NCBI GenBank assembly: GCA_905211955.1
Contig: CAJMCT010000001.1
Location: forward strand, 1 to 40,374
Reading direction: 5' to 3'
Length of the DNA: 40,374 bases
DNA from: an uncultured Eubacteriales bacterium
Lineage (GTDB): Bacteria > Bacillota > Clostridia > Christensenellales > Borkfalkiaceae
Positions within the stretch are counted from its first letter, which is position 1. Each line of letters starts with the position of its first letter. The translations under genes and the position numbers were made by a program. Of the stretch, positions 9,403-17,645 are shown in pieces. The notes below the pieces were generated by a model. It searched no databases, was not told where the DNA came from, and saw only the letters and a program-made list of their open reading frames with translations.

Positions 9403-10139
9403 TAATATCCCCCGTTTAGACGAGATTTAAGATTTTTAGGAGCCATAAGTTTCCATTTAGAATTAAACTCTATATCTTTATACTCGTCTCGTAAAAAATA
9501 TTTTATCTGATTGGTTAGTTTGCTTTTACACTCTTCAAAGAACGAATCGTTCATCATAAATTTGTCTTGAAAATGTTCTAACACGTAGCCTGTTTTTTGA
9601 TATAGAAATACCGAATCGTATGCTTTTAACGTTTCAAGTAGTTTTGTTTCGTCTAAAACGCGAATTTGGTCAAGCGCATTTAAGATTTCGTCAATTCCAC
9701 CGCCTGCGTCAATATCGTCAAGGCAGTCAATAACCGTACGTTCAAGAGACGTTACGCGAACCGCGGCGGTTACTATATTCATAATTTGAACGTCGTGTTT
9801 TAGGGGTTTACGAACATAGTCGATATCGTCAAAAGTAAAATCGTTGAAACGCTTTTTACTACCCACCGTTACGGTATTAAAAACTTGATTAGCCACGCCA
9901 AAATATTCAAAAGCAGAATGATAGCACACGAAAGCATCTTCAGCGATTTTTGTAGCAAGCTCAAACTTTGTCGTAAGCGGATATCCCGACACGTCAACGT
10001 GAACGTATAACCCGTTGCGAACCTTAACTATTTTTTTGGAACGAACTTGCCCCGCTATCCAATTTTCGTATTGTTTATCATTTATAAAATTGTCTATTAC
10101 GTCCTTTTTTGTAAACGTATAAGGGATAAATTTTGCCAT
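9402..10139 (-). CDS. abiEi: AbiEi-family antitoxin / transcriptional regulator
   Basis: 245 aa. Sits directly upstream of, and overlapping, the AbiEii gene. The N-terminal wHTH-like region plus C-terminal domain is typical of AbiEi. The call rests on context and general sequence resemblance. Confidence 0.7.
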   Translation of the reverse strand: MAKFIPYTFTKKDVIDNFINDKQYENWIAGQVRSKKIVKVRNGLYVHVDVSGYPLTTKFELATKIAEDAFVCYHSAFEYFGVANQVFNTVTVGSKKRFNDFTFDDIDYVRKPLKHDVQIMNIVTAAVRVTSLERTVIDCLDDIDAGGGIDEILNALDQIRVLDETKLLETLKAYDSVFLYQKTGYVLEHFQDKFMMNDSFFEECKSKLTNQIKYFLRDEYKDIEFNSKWKLMAPKNLKSRLNGGY

Positions 10140-10424
10140 TTACATATCCTCAAAACTAATTTTAACCACTTTAACATAAAACACTAAAAAAATCAAGTGG
10201 TTTGTGTAGATTTGGTTAATATTTAGTAATACTATACCTGATTTGCATAATTTCCGCAGAAAAATCAACGTTTCTTACGCATTTTTGGTGTAAAAAATAT
10301 GAATTTTAACTGTTTTTACGCAAAACACTACGTTAAATAAGTGTTTCGTGTGAGTTTAGTTAAAACAATACATAAACTAAAAGGTTAGAACGTCTTTGTC
10401 CTAACCTTTTAGTTGATTATTCAA

Positions 10425-10970
10425 TTACTTGTCGTCTAAGATTTTATCTTCTTCGAGTTTTAAGGATTTTAGCCACTCTTCCTTTTTAAGTTGGATTACT
10501 TGATAGTTTATACTTCCACGCGGACAACAAGATAATAAAAAGTTAAAGTCTTTTAGTTTGTTGCGAATCTTGTCGTTTGGGTCTTCGACTACAATTTTGG
10601 GTCTGCGATAAGCATTATATAAAGTTATAAAGCATTTCCAACTGTATGCCATCAAATTTTGTTTTGCGGCACGTTTGCAATACCTGCGCCAACATAGCCT
10701 TATAGACGATTGATTTTTACACATTTGAAACTCTTCCCACTTAAAATCGGGAATTAAATACCCGTCCCCTGCTTTCGCCCTTTCGAGGAATAATAAAGAA
10801 GAAATTTCTTCTTCACTCATTGACTTTACGTCATCATGATTAAGTTCTAGAGTTCGAAAACGCTTTAGCACAGTAAAAACAGTCATTCGAGAACAACTGC
10901 AAAGAGTAGCGATTTGCTCTTGTTTATTGCCTTTTTGATAATATTCAATGATTAATTTGTATTTTGACAT
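10425..10970 (-). pseudogene. IS21-family transposase (IstA) N-terminal HTH fragment without a DDE domain
   Basis: N-terminal HTH (QEQIATLCSCSRMTVFTVLKR). The IstA-like segment IPDFKWEEFQ...IRLCWRRYCK...YSWKCFITLYNAY resembles the conserved PDW..EL...LLWeEY...YSYsqFc..Y block. The ORF ends after 181 aa with no catalytic domain. Confidence 0.45.
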
Positions 10971-11090
10971 AATTTTCTCCTATTTTATCGCCCCTTTTTT
11001 ACCCATAGCGGTAGATACAGAAAAGTGTTCAATTTGAGGAACCACCCCGTTTTTTTGACCGATTTTTGACCTAACAAGAGATTTTTAAGA

Positions 11091-11126
11091 GAAAAAAAGT
11101 AGTCACTCTCCGAGAAGAATGACTAC
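11091..11126 (-). terminator. Rho-independent terminator-like hairpin
   Basis: On the minus strand: GTAGTCA-(14 nt loop)-TGACTAC followed by TTTTTTTC. It lies 270 nt downstream of the disrupted recombinase stop. Confidence 0.45.
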
Positions 11127-11394
11127 TAAAACCTTATTTTTTAATTAAAAATTGAATTTTTACCGCTTTACGGTGCTAATTCTTAGCCCCTAGGATTACG
11201 GATATTAGCCTGTGCTGTACCAACTTTCGAGCGAGCGATTTATCGCCCGTTTGAGTGCTGTATTATATCGCTTGACTATGTGCAATATCTGTATTCTACG
11301 ACGACGTCGCAGCTTGTTTTCGTATTTATACTACGCAAGTAAATAACTTGTCTTGAGTAGTTATTTTTCTCCCCTTATGAATTTTTCAAATCCC

Positions 11395-13075
11395 TCAAAT
11401 GTATACTCTGACAATGAGGTCTTCCCACTGATTGGGTCTTAACATTCCTTCTCTCTCTTTACGATATGTTTTCGCCTCGTTATAGTCTATCTTAAATGAC
11501 CAAACCATTTTTTTCTTTTCGTTCGGTTTCTCAATCAAATCGAAATCCATATACCACTCATAACAAGTTTCGCTTCGCGGAATAACGGTATCAACAAATT
11601 GCGAGATTATATCTCTATCCACATAATGCTCCGTAAAATCCATTTTTTGCAAAAGGAAATTCTGTATTTTCCCCTCTACGCTATCGCTGTCCGTTCTCGT
11701 TTCTACGCCTGCTTCAAATGCGAGTCTCTGTTGTACAACTTTTTCTCTTTCTTTTTCTATTTCAGATTTATATTCCAAAAATTCTTCTTTGGAAATTTCA
11801 TCTTCCAATCGCATTCGAGTCAAACGTTTCATTTTCTCGTCCAATTTAGCAATGTCTTGATTTAACCTATCTTTTAGAGCATCAGTCTGTCTGCGTCCCT
11901 CGTGGACCCCGACTTGATAAAGAGAAGAAACCTCATATAAAATATCTTTTCTGTTTCCCCATAGTCCTGAAAAAATATGTCTTGCCATCAACTCCAATTT
12001 CCAATCACATATTTCTCGCAAATCGCAAGCTCTTCCCGGATCGATTCCGGCTTCATCCCTTACGCTTTTTGAACCATTATTTAATTGGTTATAGCATTTG
12101 TATCCGTAGATTATATCTCCGTTTTTGTTTTTTCTCCACTTATTTCGGCGCATACGATATCCACAACGACATTTCAGTTTTTTTACCCAAACGTCGCCAC
12201 TCGCATGAATCCCCGCAGTATGTATTACATCACCGTCAAGCGAAAAATAATGAACTTTACGTTTTCTTTGTTCTCTTATTTGCTTACATCGTTCCCATTG
12301 CTCTTCACTGATAATCGGCTCAAAATCACCTTTCACATACATATAAGAATCTTCATCGCGATTCCTTATTATCTTTTGGTCAAGAAAATTGTTTCTTCGG
12401 GATTTCAGATATGCGGGGTAACCTTTATAGGTAGAATTATGCAAGATACGAGAAATTTTTGAATTCTCCCATCGCACTAAACCTGAACTATCCTTACGAT
12501 GCCGCCGAATCATTTCATCACGAATTTGCGACATACCCATTCCAGCGCAATACAAATCATATATCATTTTTACGGTTTCGGCTTGTTCCGCATTTATAAC
12601 ATATGTTCCTGTATTCTTGTCTCGATCGTAGCCGAGAATATTGCCGTTTCCGTATAGAACGCCCTTGTCGCGACTAATTTTCTGCCCCGCACGAACGCGC
12701 TCGGACGTTTTTCTGCTCTCTTCCTGTGCAAGCGTAGCCATAATCGTGAGTCGAAGTTCGCCGTCACCGTCCATCGTCCAAATGTTATCTTCGACGAAGT
12801 AAACTTCCACACCGTAATTCTTCAAATCTCTCGTGACCACAAGAGTATCTACTGTATTTCGAGCGAAACGGCACACCTCTCTTGTTACAATAAGGTCAAA
12901 CTTCTTTTGCTTTGCATCTTGAATCATTTGCAGAAACGCAGGTCTTTTCTTTGCTTGCGTTTCCGTGATACCTTCATCCACATACTTTCTCAACACCATC
13001 CAATTTTGATGCCTTGTTGCAATATCGTCATACCACTGAATTTGATTTTCCAAAGCCGACAACTGCGCTTCATGT
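11395..13075 (-). pseudogene. Large serine recombinase, 3' portion of a gene split by the transposon insertion (outer-element recombinase)
   Basis: Has resolvase, recombinase and Zn-ribbon regions but no N-terminal catalytic YxRxS segment and no ATG. The frame is open upstream only to the TAA of the neighbouring gene, and the ORF-track M is a TTG. The missing 32 codons are at 28838-28935. Confidence 0.8.
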
Positions 13076-13077
13076 TC

Positions 13078-13101
13078 GGATGAGTAAACGATAGGGAGAA
13101 T
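13078..13101. repeat. Left terminal inverted repeat of the transposon
   Basis: GGATGAGTAAACGATAGGGAGAAT matches the reverse complement of the right end, AGATGAGTAAACATAGGGGAAAC. 20 nt match with two 1-nt indels. Confidence 0.7.
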
Positions 13102-13110
13102 ATGCAGCCG

Positions 13111-14799
13111 TTAAAAGATTTCGGCTACACGACTTCCTTTCACTTTATACCCGTGCGTGCTTTCCGCACCGATAAATTTATAAATAATTCTGATTTCCTG
13201 TTTGTGTGCGCTTCCGTCGGCATACTTCTCGCCTATATAAATCCTGTCGATGAAATTATTCAGTATTTCGGGTGTAAGTCCCTCGATTTCCGTATAACTA
13301 TTGACGACCTTCAGAAACTCACGAATATTGCTCTCTTCGTCGTTTACAAGATCTAAAGCCTTTTTCAACTCAAGGATTTCGCTCTTTAAAGCCGTTTGTT
13401 CCGCCTCGTATTTTTTCGCCAACAAATCAAAGCGTTCGTCCGAAATTTTACCGGTTACGTTGTCTTCATACAGGTTTGCAATGATATCGTCAAGCGTTTT
13501 TATACGATTTTCCGCTTTTACAATTTTCGTTTGCGCCGAGAGCCGCACGCTCCGCATTTCTTTTACCGAACATTTACGATACTTTTCGATAAACTCCGAT
13601 TCGTGCGTTTTCACTTCGTTCATCACCCGTTTAATATCTTCCAGAACCAATTCGTTCAACACCCTCTTCAGAATCGAATGCGCCGTACACTGAATTTTCG
13701 TCCGTCTGTTGTACTTTGAGCAAACGTAAAAATCATAGTTCCTGTTTTTTGCAACACGTCTTAAAGTGATAGGAAATCCGCAATCGGCACAATATAACAA
13801 TCCGGCGAAAATATTGATATCGTCAAAGTGATTTTTCACAACCCTTTTTACCTGCGTCAACTTCTGCGCCAGATCAAACGTTTCCTTATCGACAATCGCT
13901 TCGTGGTGATTTTCGATAACCTTCCATTCGGACGGATCGCGATAGACAAACCGTTTGTTTTTATACGATTTTCTCGTCGTTTTGAAATTTACGAGATGTC
14001 CGATATAATTCGGATTACGCAAGATTTTATAAACCGTGCTTCTGTGCCATAAATACGGTTCGGTCGTGTCGTTCCGATACATATTCCTGCCCTGTTTCAG
14101 ATAAAACGCTTTCGGGGTGTCGTAGCCATTTTCGGTCAGTATTTTCGCTATTGCAAGTGCGTTATAGCCGTTTACGCATAGTCTGAATATCTCCCGGATT
14201 GTCGGCGCGCACCTTTCGTCTATCAACCACTTGTTTTTGTCGTTCGGATCTTTCATATATCCGAGCGGCGGCGTGTTCGTCAGCGGTTTTCCCGATTCGC
14301 CTTTATTCCTTATCACCGCGCGTATTTTTTTGCTCGTATCTCTCGCAAGCCATTCGTTGAAAACGTTTTTGAACGGTATCAATTCGTTATCCGAGCCGTT
14401 TTCGCTATCCACGTTATCGTTTATCGCTATAAAATGAATATCTTTTTCGGCAAACGTAAATTCCGTAAGATAGCCGACTTTCAGATAATCTCTTCCGAGC
14501 CTCGACATATCTTTTACGATTATCGTTTTCACTTTTCCTTCGTCTACGTCGGACATCATTCTTTGAAAATCCGGGCGATTGAAATTCGTTCCGCTGTAAC
14601 CGTCGTCGATATAATATTCAATATTCCGGTATCCGTGTTGTTTCGCATACCGCCCGAGAATATCTCTCTGATTTTTGATACTGTTGCTTTCGCCCTCGGT
14701 CCCGTTATCGTCTACGCTGAGCCTGCAATAAAGCGCGGTTATTACCTCACCTCCGTTTTTTGTTCTTTTATTTTTATTTGCCGTTTGTAATTCTAACAT
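13111..14799 (-). CDS. Large serine recombinase (TnpX/TndX-like transposase)
   Basis: Catalytic motif ALYCRLSVDD...SIKNQ, DDGYSGTNFNRPDFQRM, SRLGRD, a recombinase domain and a Zn-ribbon (CADCGFP...YVCSKY). The stop lies 33 nt from the element end. Confidence 0.9.
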   Translation of the reverse strand: MLELQTANKNKRTKNGGEVITALYCRLSVDDNGTEGESNSIKNQRDILGRYAKQHGYRNIEYYIDDGYSGTNFNRPDFQRMMSDVDEGKVKTIIVKDMSRLGRDYLKVGYLTEFTFAEKDIHFIAINDNVDSENGSDNELIPFKNVFNEWLARDTSKKIRAVIRNKGESGKPLTNTPPLGYMKDPNDKNKWLIDERCAPTIREIFRLCVNGYNALAIAKILTENGYDTPKAFYLKQGRNMYRNDTTEPYLWHRSTVYKILRNPNYIGHLVNFKTTRKSYKNKRFVYRDPSEWKVIENHHEAIVDKETFDLAQKLTQVKRVVKNHFDDINIFAGLLYCADCGFPITLRRVAKNRNYDFYVCSKYNRRTKIQCTAHSILKRVLNELVLEDIKRVMNEVKTHESEFIEKYRKCSVKEMRSVRLSAQTKIVKAENRIKTLDDIIANLYEDNVTGKISDERFDLLAKKYEAEQTALKSEILELKKALDLVNDEESNIREFLKVVNSYTEIEGLTPEILNNFIDRIYIGEKYADGSAHKQEIRIIYKFIGAESTHGYKVKGSRVAEIF

Positions 14800-15026
14800 A
14801 TCTGTTTACCTCCGTCAGATTCCAAACAGCAAGTTCGTAACTTACCTTCTCCAAGCCGTTCTTCCGTCAGGCTTGTAAATTTTTTTATTACCAAACGCTC
14901 TAATATCTCGTATGCGGATTCTCGTGCGCCTTGCATCGATTCCGTGCTTACGATATACAGCGTTTCGTTTTTCCTTGCCCTTACCTTGTTTTTATCCGTT
15001 ACCTTATTTGTCTCTCTGTTTTGCAA
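14793..15026 (-). CDS. Hypothetical small protein upstream of, and overlapping, the recombinase gene
   Basis: The ORF overlaps the recombinase start by 7 nt. The annotated start is a TTG only 2-3 nt from AAGGAG, and an alternative ATG is at 14936. No recognisable domain. Confidence 0.35.
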   Translation of the reverse strand: MQNRETNKVTDKNKVRARKNETLYIVSTESMQGARESAYEILERLVIKKFTSLTEERLGEGKLRTCCLESDGGKQIC

Positions 15027-15047
15027 TTCTCCTTAACTTTATTGTGC

Positions 15048-15091
15048 GGATACTATGTTCTCTCTCCGGATGGATACTATGTTCTCTCTCC
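15048..15091. repeat. Two perfect 20-nt direct repeats (GGATACTATGTTCTCTCTCC) separated by 4 nt
   Basis: Read directly at 15048-15067 and 15072-15091. They lie in the intergenic region upstream of the small-ORF/recombinase unit. Confidence 0.85.
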
Positions 15092-15131
15092 ATAAACACA
15101 AAAATCCTCCTGTTCGATATTTTAGTTTTTG

Positions 15132-15428
15132 TTACGTTTTATTGTTGTTTTTCTCTTCCTCGAATTTGCGCAACTCAAAATCAAAGAAATCGTCGTAGCC
15201 GTCCGTTATCTTCGCAAGGTCGGTATTTATCTCTCCCGACTGCTCCAACAGCGACTTATATCCTTCTTCAATGAGTTTAACTTTCGTATACCCATGTTTC
15301 TTCAAAAATGCGTCTATTTCTTCCGCCGTTTCTCTCGGTATACTCGTTCCCCATACCACGTTTTTGGCTTTTCTCTCGTTCTTATGCTTTTCTTCGTATC
15401 TTTTATCTCTTTCGCTTCTCGGTTTCAT
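15132..15428 (-). CDS. Small basic protein, putative RHH-like DNA binder (paralog 2), downstream of mob
   Basis: 98 aa. ATG preceded by GGAGGG at 7 nt. Shares the KRYEEKHKNERK...SIPRETAEEIDAFLKKHGYTKVKLI core with the other two paralogs. Confidence 0.6.
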   Translation of the reverse strand: MKPRSERDKRYEEKHKNERKAKNVVWGTSIPRETAEEIDAFLKKHGYTKVKLIEEGYKSLLEQSGEINTDLAKITDGYDDFFDFELRKFEEEKNNNKT

Positions 15429-15543
15429 TCCTGAACCCTCCGTAAATATATCATCGTATCTATACGACGATTATATTTTACTGTTTTCTGCGCTCAGAGT
15501 CAAGCTCTTTTATGTGAACGGAGAGTAAAAGCCGCCTTAAATT

Positions 15544-16578
15544 TTACTTATGATTATTGTTTCTGCCTTGTTTTTCTTGCTTTTTGCGTTCTTCTTCGAT
15601 TTCCGCTTCTATCTGTTGTAACCTCGGAACTTGCCGAACGACGTCGAGCGTAAAGAGCGAAAGAACGGAATCGAAAAAGCTACCGATTGTTTTTGGCTTT
15701 CCGTGGACGATACGCTCGTATTCTTTCGGATTAGTTCTTGCAAGTGTTTTTCCCGCGTGGATATAACGATTATCGTTATCCCTTTGTCTTTGTAATGCTT
15801 CCGATTTCCGCGCATATTCGAGCGTTTCGTCCATAGCCTTTGTAAGCCGTTTTGAAAGGTCGTTGTTGTCTGCCGTTAAAGCGATTACTTGTTCCTGCAA
15901 CTTTCCGCGTTTCCGTGGAATATTCCCGCTTTTTGCCTCGGTTAAAGCGTCCGCATAAACCTGATTTTCTTCCCGTATGGCTTCCGCTTGCTCGATTATC
16001 TTTTTTGCCTTAAATTCTGCGGTGGAAAGGTGTTTTTTCTGACTACCTTCTTTTCCGCGCTGTAAACCCCAACGTTTTCCGACGGATTCATAAAAATCCG
16101 TCTGCAACTGCTGTAACTGCGGTTTATCGAAAAGTTGTTTACTGCAAAGTCTGCCGTCTTTTGTTACGGGCATCAGGTTTAAGTGCATATGCGGCGTTGT
16201 TTCGTCGTTATGAACAACCGCCGCGATAATGTTTTCTTCGCCGTAACGCTCCGCAAAAAACTTGTAGCAGTCCGAGAAAAAGTTATATTGTTCTATCTTG
16301 GCTAAACCGTCGAAAAAAGTTTTATCCGACCCTAACACAAACGAGTTCATTACAACTGCGTCTTTGCGCGGAGATAAGCCTAACTCTTTTATTCTGCCGT
16401 TTATGAACTCCGTGTAAGTTTTGCCGAAATATGGCGTGAAGCGATAATTGTTTCTCGTCCGCTCGCTGTCTATTTGTGGATTGTCCGACTTGTATTTTTC
16501 GTCCCGTTCGTTTTCCTTTTCGATAGGCGCGACGTCTTGTTTATGGTATTTCTCCATATGACACACTAAATATGAAAT
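15544..16578 (-). CDS. MobV-family relaxase (Mob/Pre plasmid recombination enzyme, TnpZ-like)
   Basis: Mob_Pre motifs include AAVVHNDETTPHMHLNLMPV (HxDE...HxH). The canonical N-terminus MSYLVCHMEKY requires an ATT start at 16578, 9 nt after AGGAGG. A conservative ATG is at 16557. The 36-codon extension in the ORF track lacks an RBS. Confidence 0.85.
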   Translation of the reverse strand: MSYLVCHMEKYHKQDVAPIEKENERDEKYKSDNPQIDSERTRNNYRFTPYFGKTYTEFINGRIKELGLSPRKDAVVMNSFVLGSDKTFFDGLAKIEQYNFFSDCYKFFAERYGEENIIAAVVHNDETTPHMHLNLMPVTKDGRLCSKQLFDKPQLQQLQTDFYESVGKRWGLQRGKEGSQKKHLSTAEFKAKKIIEQAEAIREENQVYADALTEAKSGNIPRKRGKLQEQVIALTADNNDLSKRLTKAMDETLEYARKSEALQRQRDNDNRYIHAGKTLARTNPKEYERIVHGKPKTIGSFFDSVLSLFTLDVVRQVPRLQQIEAEIEEERKKQEKQGRNNNHK

Positions 16579-16685
16579 GATGATTTTCCTCCTGAAATTT
16601 GTTTTTATTCTCATTGAGCAAAGTGTGTAGAATTTCCTCTGCCGACTGTTTTTATCAGTGGGTTCACAGCCTCGCAGAGCCCACA

Positions 16686-16717
16686 ACTTCGCCTGCGAAG
16701 TATAGTGGGCTACACTT
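16686..16717. other. Candidate oriT / RSA site for the MobV relaxase
   Basis: Hairpin ACTTCG-CCTG-CGAAGT (16686-16701) overlaps AAGTATAGTGGGCTACACTT (16698-16717). That segment resembles, from memory, the pMV158 oriT core AAGTATAGTGTGTTATACTT. It lies just upstream of mob. Confidence 0.45.
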
Positions 16718-16903
16718 TGCCTGAATTGTTCTCATTTTGCTTCCCGTTTGCTTCCAAAGTTTTTCTCTACGATATACATTGAAAAACGCTCTTAAAAATA
16801 CATTTTCAACTTGTATCCAACTTCATTTTTCTGCCTCCTTCATTTTGTTTTACTTTCAGTTTTTGTTCTTACGAGTCCACGAAAGACAAATTATCTCTCT
16901 ACT

Positions 16904-17015
16904 TATATTGGAAAGTTTCAATCTCTTTGCGGGGGTGTTTCGCAAAAGTTTTTTACCCCCTCACTATAATTGGAAAGTTACGAGCCGTTTGTCGGGGTAT
17001 TTCACGAAAATTTTT
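16904..17015. repeat. Two imperfect ~51-nt direct repeats, period 61 bp
   Basis: TATATTGGAAAGTT..TTTGCGGGGGTGTTTCGCAAAAGTTTTTT (16904-16954) versus TATAATTGGAAAGTT..TTTGTCGGGGTATTTCACGAAAATTTTT (16965-17015). Non-coding, between the operon terminator and mob. Confidence 0.6.
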
Positions 17016-17065
17016 ATATTTTTTCTTTAGGAATATTGAAAATCTTATACCTCCTCAAAATAGGA

Positions 17066-17097
17066 ACAAAAAAGCCGATGACTGTTTGCCATCGACC
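17066..17097 (-). terminator. Rho-independent terminator of the seven-gene operon
   Basis: On the minus strand: GTCGATG-GCAAACAGT-CATCGGC followed by TTTTTTGTT. It lies 36 nt after the stop of the last operon gene. Confidence 0.6.
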
Positions 17098-17132
17098 ATA
17101 AATAATTTTATATGTTTTTATAATAAGTAATT

Positions 17133-17645
17133 TTAGTTAATGCCGCATTCCGATTCACTAATTAGAAGCGGTAAAAGCCATTTTAATATCCAACGCTTTG
17201 TCGTGTCGTAATTTGAATCGTAAAACACCGCGCCGACAATCGCTTCGATATAAGGATCGTGTCCTTTATTTACTACTTTTTCGTGATCTGGAACATTCGA
17301 ATCCGATTGGAAGTGTTTTGCGTTGTATGCATATCCGATTAAACCGCATTTCAGCATAATATTATGCATAACTTCATTATTTTCAAGTTTACTTTTTATC
17401 TGCGTAATCTCGCCTTTTGTAGTTATTCCTTTCCGATAGAGATAATCGGCAATAACGGATTTCAATACAGTATCGCCGATTGTTGCAAGCCCGTCGTTAG
17501 TGTATTCGCTATGGTTCTTTCCCTCTCCGAAAACTTCTATTTTTTCCGATCTCATTGCCTTTGAAAGCCACGCGATATCGTTAAAATGGTAATGTATTTT
17601 AATTTCAAGTTCGCGCATTTTTTGATATACAACGACTCTATCCAT
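17133..17645 (-). CDS. RNase III-domain-like protein (Mini-III-sized, no dsRBD); operon gene 7
   Basis: 170 aa. NDGLATIGDTVLK (17472-17498) aligns to the RNase III signature NERLEFLGDAVL. DPYIEAIVGAVFYD aligns to the second catalytic block DxxEAxxGA. The ATG overlaps the upstream stop by 1 nt. Confidence 0.55.
   Translation of the reverse strand: MDRVVVYQKMRELEIKIHYHFNDIAWLSKAMRSEKIEVFGEGKNHSEYTNDGLATIGDTVLKSVIADYLYRKGITTKGEITQIKSKLENNEVMHNIMLKCGLIGYAYNAKHFQSDSNVPDHEKVVNKGHDPYIEAIVGAVFYDSNYDTTKRWILKWLLPLLISESECGIN

Noticed and set aside
11343-11368. The inverted repeat AAATAACT-N10-AGTTATTT just after the outer recombinase stop, considered as the definitive left end (att site) of the outer element.
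   Set aside because: No matching right-end sequence could be identified by eye in 37600-40374, and the central dinucleotide is not GA. I keep it only as a candidate, mentioned under the split-recombinase finding.
13060-13113. The two serine recombinase ORFs are in the same frame, separated by a single TAA. This could suggest read-through, a fusion or a recent nonsense mutation.
   Set aside because: The sequence between the TAA and the second recombinase body is the transposon's terminal inverted repeat plus the GA crossover. The second gene's true 5' end is at 28838-28935. The shared frame is therefore coincidental.
16579-16686. N-terminal extensions in the ORF track. They affect mob 16686, gene 4 at 21151, Clp-like 20030, rSAM 18208, mod 7863, lexA 38854, TnpV-like 30065, KTR 38086 and paralog 3 at 29511.
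   Set aside because: For mod, the rSAM gene and lexA, the extended start is a TTG without an appropriately spaced RBS. For the Clp-like gene it is a GTG, also without a suitably spaced RBS. In every case an internal ATG (ATT for mob) has a good RBS, and several also give stop/start overlap with the upstream gene or a family-typical N-terminus. I trimmed the coordinates accordingly.
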